Source: Clostridia bacterium (GTDB lineage Bacteria > Bacillota > Clostridia > UBA1212 > UBA1255). From it: 64,000 bases of DNA. Shown here in pieces: positions 28,563 through 39,385 of this stretch. Each line of letters opens with the position of its first letter. The stretch's first letter is position 1. Below the pieces are notes generated by a model. The model had not been told where the DNA came from and made no database searches. It worked only from the letters and a program-made list of their open reading frames with translations. The stretch covers positions 73,344-137,343 of the forward strand of contig JAEFAM010000001.1 in the NCBI GenBank assembly GCA_016287565.1. Direction: 5' to 3'. The position numbers and the translations under genes were made by a program.

Positions 28563-30476
28563 TCAATAAAACTCGCACCCGTTTTCGTTGCCGTCGAACA
28601 CCATACGGCCCTTGAACACCGACTGGGCGCTTTCGACGTTGCCCGCCTCGTACCGGTCGATCAGATACTGATCGTCGTTTATCTCCTCCACCGGAACACC
28701 GTCCAGGATCCATTCTCCGATGGACCCGGCCTCGATGTTGCCCAGGGCCAGTTTGTCGCTGTTGAACGACAGCAGCTGATCGTAATCGATCCCGCCGATC
28801 CGGGCTTCCAGATACCAGCCGGAGCCGTCTTCCTTTTCAACTATGGCAAGCTCCGAACCTTCCAGATAATCCCGCTCGCCGCCGGAAGCGCCCCTGCCGA
28901 GGCTGTAAATGAAGCTGCCGGAGTGCCTGAACCCGGTGAATTCCAGGAACAGATCGTTTTCCGAATCTCCGGAATACAGGTCGAACCAGAAAACGTCGTC
29001 GAATTCGCCCGATTCGCCGGAAGCGGGGTCAACGAACTGCCTGTATCCGGCGGTGGGGTCCCGCAGATCCGCGAACACGTAAAGGGCGCCGTCAACGGAG
29101 TCGAAGAACAGCGATATTTCTCCGGAGAAGCGTCCGTCAACTTCCGGCAGCGTTATTGCCGGGCCGTAAACGTATGCCGCGTCCCTCTCACCGTCGATCG
29201 CCGGCCGGTATTTCTCCCGCAGCTGACCGCCGGGGATGGGAACGTTGCCGTTGGCCACGTCGAAATATTCTTCGGCGAAATTGCCCCCGTCCCTGTCCCG
29301 GATCTGCTCCAGCCTGATCGAGGAGGCGGGGAAGTGCACCGTCTTCTTCACGGAACCGTCTTCACCGTATTCGTAGCCTACGGACTTGCCGTCGTAATAA
29401 AGTTCCAGCACCGCCTGGAGATTGCCGTTTCCGTCCCGGGAGACCGCTCTCGTAAACCCGTCGCCCAGGTCCTTTTCCACGTCGTAGGTGACTTTTCCGT
29501 TCTGGTCGAACTGGCGCTCCCGCTCGGTGCCGTCGTCGTAAACCGTAAATTCACGGGCGATCGTCGCGTTTCCCGAGGCAACGTTGTATTCCGACGTCAC
29601 GGTGGCGCCGGATTTCTTTTTGATCTCCGTGTAGCCATCCAAAGTGTACAGATTCGAGGTCTTGTCGGCCTTATACCGGAATTCGCACCGGGCGGTCTCG
29701 GTGGATGCTCCCTGGCTGATCTCCTCGGTGACGCAGGATTCGCACAGACCGATGTCGTTGTAAGTGTAGGTGGTCTGTACGTCCGTGGCGTCGGAATGGG
29801 TCTCTTTGGCCACGTAGGCGATGCAGTTCGCCTTGTCGAGCTTCAGTTCCACCGTCTCTTTTTTGTAGCCTCCCAGTTCGGCCTCGTTGAAAACGTAGCC
29901 CTCGTTCTCGAAACAGGCGACGTAGGTCTCGTATTGTTCCGAGCCGTTGTCTTTAAGGTAATCGAGGAGCCGCTGCCTGGACTCGTCGGAATCGGTAACG
30001 TATCTGACACGGACGCGGTCCATTTTGATCGTGATCAGATCGGTGCCGGAGGAGACGTAGGTGCCCTCGATGAACATGTATGAACCCAGGTATTTGACCG
30101 GCTCGACGTCCGGAGCGGGGGAAAAGTCGTCGATTATCTGCGATTCTATCAGCGCGTACGTGTCGCTGCCGGTGACGATCAGCTCGGGGCCTTTATAGGA
30201 GCCGGTGATCCAGACCTCTCTGGGATCCGCCGGGGCAACGAGATAACGGTCTCCTTCCGGTTTTTCGATCAGGCCGTCGTCGTTTTCGGTCTCGCCCTGG
30301 CTGTCGCCGCCCTGCTCGTTCCCTTCTTCTCCGCCGTCAATTACCGCGGCAGTGGGCTCCGGCTTTTCGTCCGGGGCTTTTTTTACTCCGCAGGCGGCAA
30401 GAACGGCCAATGCCGCCAGAGCGATGATGGCCGTGACAATGATTTTGATTATTTCTGATCTCGTTTTCGTTTTCAT
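28563..30476 (-). CDS. Lipoprotein with YD/RHS-like repeat motifs
   Basis: It has a signal peptide and a lipobox (LAVLAAC). Repeated xYDxxG motifs are present (TVYDDGTERERQFDQNGKVTYDV, LYYDGKSVGYEYGEDGSV). Confidence 0.55.
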   Translation of the reverse strand: MKTKTRSEIIKIIVTAIIALAALAVLAACGVKKAPDEKPEPTAAVIDGGEEGNEQGGDSQGETENDDGLIEKPEGDRYLVAPADPREVWITGSYKGPELIVTGSDTYALIESQIIDDFSPAPDVEPVKYLGSYMFIEGTYVSSGTDLITIKMDRVRVRYVTDSDESRQRLLDYLKDNGSEQYETYVACFENEGYVFNEAELGGYKKETVELKLDKANCIAYVAKETHSDATDVQTTYTYNDIGLCESCVTEEISQGASTETARCEFRYKADKTSNLYTLDGYTEIKKKSGATVTSEYNVASGNATIAREFTVYDDGTERERQFDQNGKVTYDVEKDLGDGFTRAVSRDGNGNLQAVLELYYDGKSVGYEYGEDGSVKKTVHFPASSIRLEQIRDRDGGNFAEEYFDVANGNVPIPGGQLREKYRPAIDGERDAAYVYGPAITLPEVDGRFSGEISLFFDSVDGALYVFADLRDPTAGYRQFVDPASGESGEFDDVFWFDLYSGDSENDLFLEFTGFRHSGSFIYSLGRGASGGERDYLEGSELAIVEKEDGSGWYLEARIGGIDYDQLLSFNSDKLALGNIEAGSIGEWILDGVPVEEINDDQYLIDRYEAGNVESAQSVFKGRMVFDGNENGCEFY

Positions 30477-30572
30477 ACAGTTTCACCCGTGCGCGTCAAT
30501 TTTCGATCGTAGTTCGCCGGCGTTATTGTACCACATCTCCGCTCTGCAGACAACTTCCGGCGTCGGCAATCT

Positions 30573-30665
30573 GGCTCGTCCGTGAGGACGAATTTAGCTC
30601 CGCGCAGCGGAATTTAGCTGGATCCGCAGGATCCAATTTAGCTCACCCGAAGAGTGAATTTAGCT
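30573..30665. repeat. Composite hairpin array, the inverted copy of 25076-25168
   Basis: The sequence was read directly. The same four hairpins are separated by AATTTAGCT, and the array is followed by two REP copies. Confidence 0.7.
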
Positions 30666-30725
30666 GCGAACGCAAGTCTGTCCCCCGTTCGGCGAGTTGC
30701 GAACGCAAGTCTGTCCCCCGTTCGC
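30666..30725. repeat. REP-like repeats (2 copies, GCGAACGCAAGTCTGTCCCCCGTTCG)
   Basis: The sequence was read directly. Confidence 0.8.
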
Positions 30726-30758
30726 ACCCGTATCATGCAAAAAAATTTTCCGAAACTG

Positions 30759-30787
30759 TTGACAACCGCGGCGGGAAATGTTATGAT
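30759..30787 (+). promoter_or_regulatory. Sigma-A promoter of the hrcA operon (TTGACA – 17 nt – TATGAT)
   Basis: A consensus -35 hexamer and a good -10 hexamer lie directly upstream of CIRCE. Confidence 0.55.
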
Positions 30788-30798
30788 ACGCACAGTTG

Positions 30799-30825
30799 TT
30801 AGCACTCAACCGCGAAGAGTGCTAA
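30799..30825 (+). promoter_or_regulatory. CIRCE operator (TTAGCACTC-N9-GAGTGCTAA), the HrcA binding site
   Basis: A perfect 9-bp inverted repeat with a 9-nt spacer, immediately upstream of hrcA. Confidence 0.9.
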
Positions 30826-30859
30826 CAAACAAAGAAGAAGCCGAAGCGGAGGTGAGGAA

Positions 30860-32116
30860 ATGGAACAGGATGAGCTTGACCTGAGAAAAATGCTGATACT
30901 GAAAGCGGTCATTGACGACTATATCGAGACTCGAGAGCCCGTCGGTTCCAGAACCATCGCGAAGAAGTACGACATGGGCCTCAGCTCGGCCACCATCAGA
31001 AACGAGATGGCGGACCTGGAAGAGCTGGGGTATTTGTCCCAGCCCCACACTTCCGCAGGCAGAGTGCCTTCAGACAAAGGATACAGGCTTTACGTCGACA
31101 AGCTCATGAACCTCGAGGAAAAGCTGGGCTTCGAACCCACGCCCGAGGAGCTGGAGGACGTAAAATCGAGGATGCAACACGAGATCGGAGAGATGAGCGA
31201 CCAGATCAGAGTTGCCTCGGAGCTCGTGTCCCGGCTCACCGAATACACGTCCATAGCGGTCACGGGAGCGGCGGACGGCACCAGGCGCATAAAGGCGCTG
31301 CAGGTGGTCCCGGTGGAACCCGGCAAGGCGCTGGCGGTCATCGTACTTGACGACGACACGGTGCGGAACGCGGTTATACAGCACGATCCGGCCATCGTTC
31401 CTGAGGTCCTTATGAAGGTCTCCACCCAGTGCAACCTGCTTTTCGCGGGACACAGAGTCGAAGAGATCAACCTTAATATGATAGATGCGGTATCGGAGGC
31501 AACGGGCGTGTCGAGGGCCGCGCTGATGCCGGTGATCGACGGACTGTTCGAGTGCATTAAAAAGGCGGAAAGCACGGAAGTCTACACCGAAGGCGCCGCG
31601 AAATTCCTGTCGCACCCCGAATTCTCCGACGTGGGCAAGGCCAGAGGCATCCTCGAACTGCTGAACCGCGACGATCTCATGATCGACCTTATTAAGGAAT
31701 GCTCCACCGCAGACGGACTGGTGATCAGGATAGGCTCGGAAAATAAAATAGAAGGACTCAACGAATGTTCCGTTGTCACGGCTTCGTACAGCGTCAACGG
31801 CGTGAAGCTGGGCACCATCGGCGTCCTGGGACCCACCAGGATGGACTATCCGAGAGTCGTTGCCGCGCTGGAATACGTGCGCAGGCGGTTGACGGGCGGC
31901 CGGGAGCTTCCGGCGGGAACGGTGAGCATCCAGAAAGGCATGCTGAACCTCGAAGGAGAGGCCGGGACCGAGCCGGGAATTGACGGAGCGAAGGCGGACA
32001 ACGTCACCGGAGGCGCAAAAGACAACGCAGGCGTTGACGCGGACAACCTCGCCCGGACCGATAAAGTTCGGAACGAAGGATTGCTGAGATCCCGGAAACA
32101 GGAGGAAGGACAATGA
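30860..32116 (+). CDS. hrcA: Heat-inducible transcription repressor HrcA
   Basis: The N-terminal winged HTH (LKAVIDDYIETREPVGSRTIAKKY) is present, and the gene sits in the operon position upstream of grpE–dnaK–dnaJ. It has a C-terminal low-complexity extension. Confidence 0.9.
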   Translation: MEQDELDLRKMLILKAVIDDYIETREPVGSRTIAKKYDMGLSSATIRNEMADLEELGYLSQPHTSAGRVPSDKGYRLYVDKLMNLEEKLGFEPTPEELEDVKSRMQHEIGEMSDQIRVASELVSRLTEYTSIAVTGAADGTRRIKALQVVPVEPGKALAVIVLDDDTVRNAVIQHDPAIVPEVLMKVSTQCNLLFAGHRVEEINLNMIDAVSEATGVSRAALMPVIDGLFECIKKAESTEVYTEGAAKFLSHPEFSDVGKARGILELLNRDDLMIDLIKECSTADGLVIRIGSENKIEGLNECSVVTASYSVNGVKLGTIGVLGPTRMDYPRVVAALEYVRRRLTGGRELPAGTVSIQKGMLNLEGEAGTEPGIDGAKADNVTGGAKDNAGVDADNLARTDKVRNEGLLRSRKQEEGQ

Positions 32117-32826
32117 CAGAGGAAACGATAGACAGAGAAGAAATAGAGACCCAGGCAGATGCGATAGACGCCGAAGACGCGGCCGAAAACAGGAACCCGG
32201 GCGCGGAAGCCGGATCGGCGGAAGCGGAAGAAACCGCAGAAAAATCCGGAGCCGCGGAAGCCGGGGAAGCCGGAGAGACCAAAGAAGAGGCCGGAAAGAA
32301 CGGCAAAGAAAAGGGCCGGGACTCTAAAAAGGACAAGGACAAGAAAAGATCCGCCGCAGATATTGCCCGGATGGAAGCGAAAAACGAAGAGCTGGAAAAA
32401 AAGCTTGCGGAAGAAAAAGACAAATACACCAGGCTGGCCGCGGAATACGACAACTACCGCAAACGCACGGCGAAAGAGCTTGACGGGCGCTACGCAGACG
32501 CGAAAGCGGACGTGTGGAGAAACCTGCTGGCGGTGGCGGACAATTTCGAACGGGCCCTGGCGGCGGAAGCAAAAGACGGAGAAAACAAAGATCCCTTCTA
32601 TGAAGGAATGGAACTCACCTACAAGCAGCTCAAGGAGCAGATGGAAAAGGCGGGAGTCACCGAGATCCAGGCGGTGGGCCAGGAATTCGACCCGGAGCTG
32701 CACAACGCGGTGATGCACTACGAAGACGAAACGCTGGGCGAAAACGTTGTGGCGGAAGTGTTCATAAAAGGGTACAAGCTGGGAGACAAGGTGCTCCGGC
32801 ACAGTATGGTAAAAGTTGCCAATTGA
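32113..32826 (+). CDS. grpE: Nucleotide exchange factor GrpE
   Basis: The conserved GrpE C-terminal region (DNYRKRTAKE...LLAVADNFERAL...VMHYEDE...KGYKLGDKVLRHSMVKV) is present. Confidence 0.9.
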   Translation: MTEETIDREEIETQADAIDAEDAAENRNPGAEAGSAEAEETAEKSGAAEAGEAGETKEEAGKNGKEKGRDSKKDKDKKRSAADIARMEAKNEELEKKLAEEKDKYTRLAAEYDNYRKRTAKELDGRYADAKADVWRNLLAVADNFERALAAEAKDGENKDPFYEGMELTYKQLKEQMEKAGVTEIQAVGQEFDPELHNAVMHYEDETLGENVVAEVFIKGYKLGDKVLRHSMVKVAN

Positions 32827-32932
32827 CGGCGCGCCGGAAAAACGCGCTGACCCGGATCCGACGGGGAGGCGGCAGGACGGCAGCGGCCGAAACAATATAA
32901 AGCAGTAAATAATTCGAATGGAGGAATAAATC

Positions 32933-34840
32933 ATGGCAAAAGTAATAGGAATCGACTTAGGAACCACTAACTCTTGTGTAGCGGTAATGGAAGGCGGAGA
33001 TCCCGTCGTCATCGCTAACGCCGAAGGCGGAAGGACCACTCCCTCCGTAGTGGCGTTCACCAAGGCAACGGCTCAGAAACCCACCGAAAGGCTGGTAGGC
33101 GACCTGGCAAAGCGTCAGGCGGTCACGAACCCCGAACGCACTATCATATCTATAAAGAGAGACATGGGAAGCGACAGAAAAATAGAGATCGACGGAAAGC
33201 GCTACACGCCCCCCGAGATCTCCGCAATGGTGCTTCAGAAACTTAAAGCGGACGCAGAAAACTACCTCGGCACGAAAGTGACCCAGGCGGTCATCACCGT
33301 ACCCGCGTACTTCAGCGACGCCCAGAGGCAGGCTACCAAAGACGCCGGCAGGATCGCGGGCCTTGAAGTTCTCAGGATAATCAACGAACCCACCGCGGCG
33401 GCTCTGGCGTACGGCCTGGACAAGGAAAACGAGCAGAAGATCATGGTCTTCGACCTGGGCGGCGGAACCTTCGACGTATCCATCCTCGAGATCGGCGACG
33501 GCGTGTTCGAAGTGCTGGCCACCAACGGCAACAACAGGCTGGGCGGCGACGACTTCGATAAGAAGGTCATGGACTACATCATCGGCGAGTTCAGGAAAGA
33601 CACGGGCATCGACCTGTCCGGCGACAGATTCGCAATGCAGAGAGTGCGTGAAGCGGCCGAGAAAGCGAAGATCGAACTTTCCAGCGTGATGAGCACCAAT
33701 ATCATGTTGCCCTACATCACGGCGGACGCTACCGGCGCCAAGAACCTTGACGTCACGCTCACCAGAGCCAAGTTCAACGAACTTACCGCGGACCTCGTGG
33801 AAAAGACCATGGGACCCACCCGTCAGGCAATGCAGGACGCGGGGCTCAGAGCGGATCAGATCTCCAAAGTGCTGCTGGTAGGCGGTTCTTCCAGGATCCC
33901 CGCGGTGCAGGAAGCCGTAAAGCGCTTCATCGGTAAAGAGCCGTTCAAGGGCATCAACCCCGACGAATGCGTTGCCATCGGCGCCGCCATCCAGGCAGGC
34001 GTATTGACCGGCGACGTTAAAGACCTGCTGCTGCTGGACGTGACTCCGTTGTCCCTGGGTATCGAGACCATGGGCGGCGTGTTCACGAAACTGATCGAGC
34101 GCAACACCACCATACCCACCAGGAAGAGCCAGATCTTCTCCACCGCAGCGGACAACCAGACGGCCGTGGACGTGCACGTGCTCCAGGGCGAGCGCGAGAT
34201 GGCGGCGTACAACAAAACTCTCGGCAGGTTCCAGCTTTCCGGCATTATGCCCGCGCCCAGAGGCGTGCCGCAGATCGAGGTCACTTTCGATATCGACGCC
34301 AACGGCATCGTGAACGTTTCCGCTAAGGATATGGGCACCGGCGCCGAGCAGAAGATCACCATCACCGCATCCAGCAACCTTTCCGAAGCGGACATCCAGA
34401 AGGCCGTTAAGGACGCCGAGGAATATGCCGCTCAGGATAAGAAGGCCAAGGAGCAGGTGGAGATCAGGAACGAAGCGGACGCCATGGTCTACCAGTCCGA
34501 GAAGCTTGTCAAGGATATGGGCGACAAGCTGGAGGCCGGTGACAAGGCCAGCGTGGAAGAAGCTATCCAGAAGGTCAAGGACGCCATCGCTTCCAACGAT
34601 ACGGACAGCATGAAGAACGCTACCGAGGACCTCAAGCAGGCGTTTTACAAGATCTCCGAGAAGATCTATCAGCAGAATCCCGGCGCGCAGGGCGGCCCCG
34701 GCGGACAGGGCTTTACCGGCGGTCCCGAGGGCGGCTTCGGCGGACAGGGCTACAACGGAAACGGCGGCAACGGCGGCAACGGCAGCGGCCCTGACGGAGA
34801 CGTGTTCGAAGGCGATTACAAGGTCGTTGACGATCAGTGA
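32933..34840 (+). CDS. dnaK: Molecular chaperone DnaK (Hsp70)
   Basis: The N-terminus reads [14 protein letters not shown], and Hsp70 signatures run through the whole protein. Confidence 0.98.
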   Translation: MAKVIGIDLGTTNSCVAVMEGGDPVVIANAEGGRTTPSVVAFTKATAQKPTERLVGDLAKRQAVTNPERTIISIKRDMGSDRKIEIDGKRYTPPEISAMVLQKLKADAENYLGTKVTQAVITVPAYFSDAQRQATKDAGRIAGLEVLRIINEPTAAALAYGLDKENEQKIMVFDLGGGTFDVSILEIGDGVFEVLATNGNNRLGGDDFDKKVMDYIIGEFRKDTGIDLSGDRFAMQRVREAAEKAKIELSSVMSTNIMLPYITADATGAKNLDVTLTRAKFNELTADLVEKTMGPTRQAMQDAGLRADQISKVLLVGGSSRIPAVQEAVKRFIGKEPFKGINPDECVAIGAAIQAGVLTGDVKDLLLLDVTPLSLGIETMGGVFTKLIERNTTIPTRKSQIFSTAADNQTAVDVHVLQGEREMAAYNKTLGRFQLSGIMPAPRGVPQIEVTFDIDANGIVNVSAKDMGTGAEQKITITASSNLSEADIQKAVKDAEEYAAQDKKAKEQVEIRNEADAMVYQSEKLVKDMGDKLEAGDKASVEEAIQKVKDAIASNDTDSMKNATEDLKQAFYKISEKIYQQNPGAQGGPGGQGFTGGPEGGFGGQGYNGNGGNGGNGSGPDGDVFEGDYKVVDDQ

Positions 34841-35022
34841 TCCGGGTCAATTAAGGATCGTGAAGGGTGTTGGCGCCGCTGAAAAGGCGGCGTCCGGCGA
34901 GGCGGTCAATCACTTTTACGGTGACTGGCCGCGCCTTCGTATAAAGACGGAACGGAAAACCGGGGCGTTTCCCCGGGCATTTCCGGGCCGGGCAGAATAA
35001 AACAGAGGTTTTTTAAGTCAAA

Positions 35023-36174
35023 ATGGCTGAAAAAAGAGATTATTATGAAGTCCTGGGCGTGGAAAAAACGGCTACGGACGAAGAAATAAAGAAAGCCTAC
35101 AGGAAGCTGGCCATGAAGTACCATCCGGACCACAATCCGGATAATCCGGAGGCCGAGGCGAAGTTTAAGGAGGCAGGGGAAGCCTATGCCGTGCTGAGCG
35201 ACAAGGAAAAGCGCGCCCAGTACGACCAGTTCGGCCACGCCGCCTTTGACCAGACCGCGGGAGGCTACGGCTACGGCGATTCCGCAGGCGGCTTCGGTTT
35301 CGACGTGAGCGACATCTTCGAGTCGTTTTTCGGCGGCTTCGGAGGCAGACGGTCTTCTGCCGGAGGCGCCAGAGCCGGCGACGACGTGAGGGTCGTGATC
35401 GATCTTACTTTCGAGGAAGCGGCTTTCGGCTGCGAGAAAGAGGTCAACGTCACCAAGAACGTTTCGTGTACCGCCTGCGAGGGCACCGGGTCCGAATCCA
35501 AGACCACCACGCGCTGCCCCAACTGCGGCGGCAGAGGTACCGTCAATACCGCCAGGCAGACCATATTAGGCCAGATAATGAGTTCTTCCACCTGCTCCCG
35601 CTGTAACGGCTCGGGCAAAGTGGTCAACGATCCCTGCAAAGCCTGCGCAGGCCGCGGCTACGTGCGCAAGACCGTCAAGGTCAAGGTGCGCATTCCCGCC
35701 GGTATCGACAACGGCCAGGCCATTTCGATGAACGGTATGGGCGAGCCCGGCACCAACGGCGGTCCTGCGGGCAACCTTCTGGTCTCCGTGCGCGTGCGCA
35801 AGCACTCGGTGCTGAAACGCGACGGATTCGACGTTTACGTTGACAAGAAGATCAGCTTCGTCCAGGCGTCTCTGGGCGACACTATTAAGATCCCCACGCT
35901 CACGGGCACGGTGGAACTCACCATTCCCGAGGGCACCCAGAGCGGCGCGGTGTTCAAGCTTCGCGGCCTGGGCATTCAGAAGATACAGTCGTCGGGCAAG
36001 GGCGACGAGTTCGTCACCGTCACTGTGGAGACTCCGAAGCGGCTCAATTCGGAGCAGAAGGAGATCCTGAAACGCTTCGACGCGGCTTCCGGCGGCACGC
36101 TGGAGTCTGCGGCGGCCGGCGGGCAGGGGGACAGCGGCTACGGCGGCAAGAAGATCTTCGGGAAGAAGAAGTAA
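35023..36174 (+). CDS. dnaJ: Molecular chaperone DnaJ
   Basis: It has a J domain (HPD), a G/F region, and four CxxCxGxG zinc-finger repeats. Confidence 0.95.
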   Translation: MAEKRDYYEVLGVEKTATDEEIKKAYRKLAMKYHPDHNPDNPEAEAKFKEAGEAYAVLSDKEKRAQYDQFGHAAFDQTAGGYGYGDSAGGFGFDVSDIFESFFGGFGGRRSSAGGARAGDDVRVVIDLTFEEAAFGCEKEVNVTKNVSCTACEGTGSESKTTTRCPNCGGRGTVNTARQTILGQIMSSSTCSRCNGSGKVVNDPCKACAGRGYVRKTVKVKVRIPAGIDNGQAISMNGMGEPGTNGGPAGNLLVSVRVRKHSVLKRDGFDVYVDKKISFVQASLGDTIKIPTLTGTVELTIPEGTQSGAVFKLRGLGIQKIQSSGKGDEFVTVTVETPKRLNSEQKEILKRFDAASGGTLESAAAGGQGDSGYGGKKIFGKKK

Positions 36175-36207
36175 GATAAGCTGCAAGTTAAAAGTTGCAA
36201 GTGGAAG

Positions 36208-36236
36208 GCGGATCAAATTAATCCGCTTTCATTTTT
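36208..36236 (+). terminator. Rho-independent terminator after dnaJ (GCGGAT...ATCCGC followed by a U-run)
   Basis: A 6-bp GC stem is followed by TTTCATTTTT. Confidence 0.45.
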
Positions 36237-36988
36237 CCCCTGAACGCTATTATAGCGACGACAAACATCACCACCGTATAGGCCAGCACGATCAGCAGCG
36301 GCAGCGTGAAATCATTAAACCTGTCATTGACGCCGATGATCATGTTCTGCACCAGTATTGTCGCATTCTTAAAAGGCAGCACCTTCATCACCGTGATCAT
36401 GCCGCCGCTCAGCCCCTCGGCAGGGAACCACATGCCAGAAAGCACCGATTGACCGGTAATGATGATCGAACTCACGCCTCCGATAGACTTCTCGCTGCAT
36501 ATTGACCCGAACAGAATTCCGGCGGCAATGAAAAACAGCGATGTGACGAGGCTGAAAAGTATTGCCCACAGGAGGCGGATGCTGAACAGCGACGTGTCGA
36601 ACAGACCGCCGACAACAAAAAACAGTACGGATTGTCCGAGAGCGATGGGCAATACCGCCAGTGCGTACCCGAAAATGAATTCGAAGGACCGGGCGCGGGA
36701 CACGTACAGCCGCGTCAGGAACGAGGTCTTGCGGTCCATGGAGATCAGCAGCCCCGTGAACAGCGTGAGAAACGCCTGGGAAAACACTACGATGCCCGGG
36801 GCCAGGTATTTCATCTCGAATTGGGCCGTGAGATTGTGGAAGATCAGGTAAAACAGGATCTCCATTACCAGCGGCAGCGCAATTGTCAGCGCCAGCGAAA
36901 GCGGATCCCGCAAAATTTCCTTTATATTTCGCTTCGTTAAAGTGGCTATTCTTCCGATCGATCCACGTGCCGGATTTGACTCACGCAT
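36218..36988 (-). CDS. ABC-2-type transporter permease
   Basis: A six-helix hydrophobic profile, immediately downstream of the ATPase with an 8-nt overlap. The start was chosen at MRESNP. Confidence 0.7.
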   Translation of the reverse strand: MRESNPARGSIGRIATLTKRNIKEILRDPLSLALTIALPLVMEILFYLIFHNLTAQFEMKYLAPGIVVFSQAFLTLFTGLLISMDRKTSFLTRLYVSRARSFEFIFGYALAVLPIALGQSVLFFVVGGLFDTSLFSIRLLWAILFSLVTSLFFIAAGILFGSICSEKSIGGVSSIIITGQSVLSGMWFPAEGLSGGMITVMKVLPFKNATILVQNMIIGVNDRFNDFTLPLLIVLAYTVVMFVVAIIAFRGKMKAD

Positions 36989-37718
36989 CGAGCTCACCTC
37001 CCGCGACGATCTCCACAAACGCATCCTCGACGGACGCCTTGCCGGTCCTGGCGAAAAGCTCGTCCTTCGTACCCACGAACAGCAGCCTGCCGTCCTTCAT
37101 GACGCCGATCCGGTCGGACAACGCCTCCGCTTCTTCCATGTAGTGGGTGGTGAGGATGATCGTCATCCGGGACTTCAGCTCACGTATCGTTTTCCACAAT
37201 TCGCGCCGGGCGATCACGTCCAGCCCCAGCGTGGGTTCATCCAGGAACAGCACTTTCGGCTTCGACACCAGCGCCAGCGCGATGGACAACTTCCGCTGCC
37301 ACCCGCCCGATAACTTGGCCGCCTGCTTTTTAGCCACCGGCTCCAGTCCGAAGGCGGCGTACACGTACTTTTTCGACGCTTCGATCTCGTCCTTCGTCTG
37401 CCCGGACAGCTCCGCGTAAAATTCTATATTTTCCTCTACCGTCAGTTTGCGCGCCACCGCCGTTTCCTGCATGGAAATATCCACCAGCTCTTTGATCCGA
37501 AGCGGGTCGGTGACAACGTTATAACCACACACGCACGCTTCGCCGGAGGTGGGCGAGGTCAATGTCGACAACATCTTTATGGTGGTAGTTTTGCCCGCGC
37601 CGTTGACGCCCAGCAGCGAGAACAGCTCGCCTTCATATATTTCCAGATCCAGGTGGTCAACGGCCGTGATATCCTTATATTTTTTTGTGAGATCAATCGT
37701 TTTTATTGCCGTCGTCAT
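36981..37718 (-). CDS. ABC transporter ATP-binding protein
   Basis: It has Walker A (GVNGAGKTT), the signature motif (LSGGWQRKL) and Walker B (LFLDEPT). Confidence 0.9.
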   Translation of the reverse strand: MTTAIKTIDLTKKYKDITAVDHLDLEIYEGELFSLLGVNGAGKTTTIKMLSTLTSPTSGEACVCGYNVVTDPLRIKELVDISMQETAVARKLTVEENIEFYAELSGQTKDEIEASKKYVYAAFGLEPVAKKQAAKLSGGWQRKLSIALALVSKPKVLFLDEPTLGLDVIARRELWKTIRELKSRMTIILTTHYMEEAEALSDRIGVMKDGRLLFVGTKDELFARTGKASVEDAFVEIVAGGELDA

Positions 37719-37929
37719 ATTGTATGAACCCTCCTGCCATCAGCGCGTAAAACGCGTCGCTTTTCACCAGCGCCAGCCCCCGCTGCTTGTCGCCAAGCAC
37801 CATGAGCGTGTCGCCTTCCTTGATGTCAAACATTTTCCGCGCCTCTACCGGGACAGTGATCTGTCCCTTGGGCCCGACTTTCACGCTGACAATAAATCTG
37901 TCTTCTTTCGCGGCTTTCACTTCTTTCAC
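37693..37929 (-). CDS. AbrB/MazE/SpoVT-family DNA-binding protein
   Basis: A 78-aa protein with a swapped-hairpin barrel-like sequence (KVGPKGQITVPVEARKMFDIKEGDTLMV). It is the first gene of the ABC transporter operon. Confidence 0.55.
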   Translation of the reverse strand: MKEVKAAKEDRFIVSVKVGPKGQITVPVEARKMFDIKEGDTLMVLGDKQRGLALVKSDAFYALMAGGFIQYDDGNKND

Positions 37930-38040
37930 GTGAGGCTCCTCCTTTTGATCAGGCTTGCTGTTGCGGCGAGTGCCGTGGTAAGAAAAATCTTACTTTTCTT
38001 ATTATACGCCTGCGCCAATGATATTTCAAGAGCCCATAAT

Positions 38041-38070
38041 TTGACCTCCGGCCCGCCGCTATGTTATAAT
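38041..38070 (+). promoter_or_regulatory. Putative promoter of ackA (TTGACC – 18 nt – TATAAT; a second TATAAT lies at 38081)
   Basis: The hexamers were read directly. Confidence 0.4.
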
Positions 38071-38178
38071 CTGACGTAGTATAATACGCTTCGAATGCCC
38101 GATGAAGATCGATGCTGTGGCGTTGAGAAAAGGCAAAATATGCAAAAAAGAAATAAAAAGAGAAGAAGAGGTCAAGGT

Positions 38179-39384
38179 ATGAAGGTACTTGTTGTGAACG
38201 CGGGGAGCTCCTCGCTGAAATACCAGCTGTTCGACACGTCGGACAATTCGGTGCTTGCCAAGGGAATCTGCGAGCGCATCGGCATCGGGGGAGAGATCAC
38301 CCACAAGATGAGCGGAAGGCCGGATTACAGAGAGAACGTCGAGATGGTCGATCACACGGAGGCCACGAAGGTGCTGATCCGCGTACTTACCGATCCGGAG
38401 GTCGGATGCATTTCCGATATGAGCGAGATCGAAGCTGTTGGCCACCGCATAGTCCACGGAGGCGCCTATTTCAGCGAATCCGTGAGAGTCACCGACGAAG
38501 TCATCGACAAGCTGGAGCTTTGCCGCGACCTGGCGCCGCTGCACACCGGAGCGCACCTGATGGGGATAAGAGGCTGCATTGCCGCGATGCCGGACACGCC
38601 CCAGGTGCTGGTCTTCGACACCGCGTTCCATCAGACCATGCCGGACTACGCGTACACCTATCCGATCCCCTACGAGATGGCGAAGGAGTATCAGATCAGG
38701 CGGTACGGCGCCCACGGGACGTCCCACAGGTTCGTTGCCGGAGAGATGTGCAAGATACTGGGCCGCACCGAGGGGACAAAAATCGTAACCTGTCACCTGG
38801 GCAACGGCTCGTCGATCTCCGCGGTGAAGGACGGGAAGGTCATTGACACGTCAATGGGTTTCACGCCTCTGGACGGCCTGGAGATGGGTACGCGCTGCGG
38901 CGGTATTGACCCGGCCATCGTGCCCTTTATCATGGCGAAAAAGGGCTTTACGCCCGACGAAATGAGCAATTTTATGAATAAAGAGTGCGGACTTCTGGGT
39001 GTCTCGGGACTGTCCCCGGATTGCCGCGATCTGGGGGAGGCCGTTAAGGCGGGCAACGCGCGCGCCGCCCTGGCCGTCAACATCCTCACTTATCAGATCA
39101 AAAAGTTCATCGGTTCCTACGCCGCGGCAATGAACGGCCTCGACGCCGTGGTATTCACCGCCGGCATCGGCGAGAACCGCGACGAAATACGCGCCGCCGC
39201 CTGCCGCGACCTCGACTGGCTCGGCATAAAGCTCGACGCCGAGGTCAACGCCCGCACCAAAAAGCAGGGCGACAACGTCTGCATCTCCTCCCCGGACTCC
39301 AGAGTCCTGGTATACGTGATACCCACCAACGAAGAACTTGTCATCGCCTCGGATACCGAGCGGATCGTAAAGGAAGGAAGATAA
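38179..39384 (+). CDS. ackA: Acetate kinase
   Basis: The true start is MKVLVVNAGSSSLKYQLFD, with a GAAGAGGT ribosome-binding site. The upstream 28 codons in the ORF track are spurious. Confidence 0.95.
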   Translation: MKVLVVNAGSSSLKYQLFDTSDNSVLAKGICERIGIGGEITHKMSGRPDYRENVEMVDHTEATKVLIRVLTDPEVGCISDMSEIEAVGHRIVHGGAYFSESVRVTDEVIDKLELCRDLAPLHTGAHLMGIRGCIAAMPDTPQVLVFDTAFHQTMPDYAYTYPIPYEMAKEYQIRRYGAHGTSHRFVAGEMCKILGRTEGTKIVTCHLGNGSSISAVKDGKVIDTSMGFTPLDGLEMGTRCGGIDPAIVPFIMAKKGFTPDEMSNFMNKECGLLGVSGLSPDCRDLGEAVKAGNARAALAVNILTYQIKKFIGSYAAAMNGLDAVVFTAGIGENRDEIRAAACRDLDWLGIKLDAEVNARTKKQGDNVCISSPDSRVLVYVIPTNEELVIASDTERIVKEGR

Positions 39385-39385
39385 T

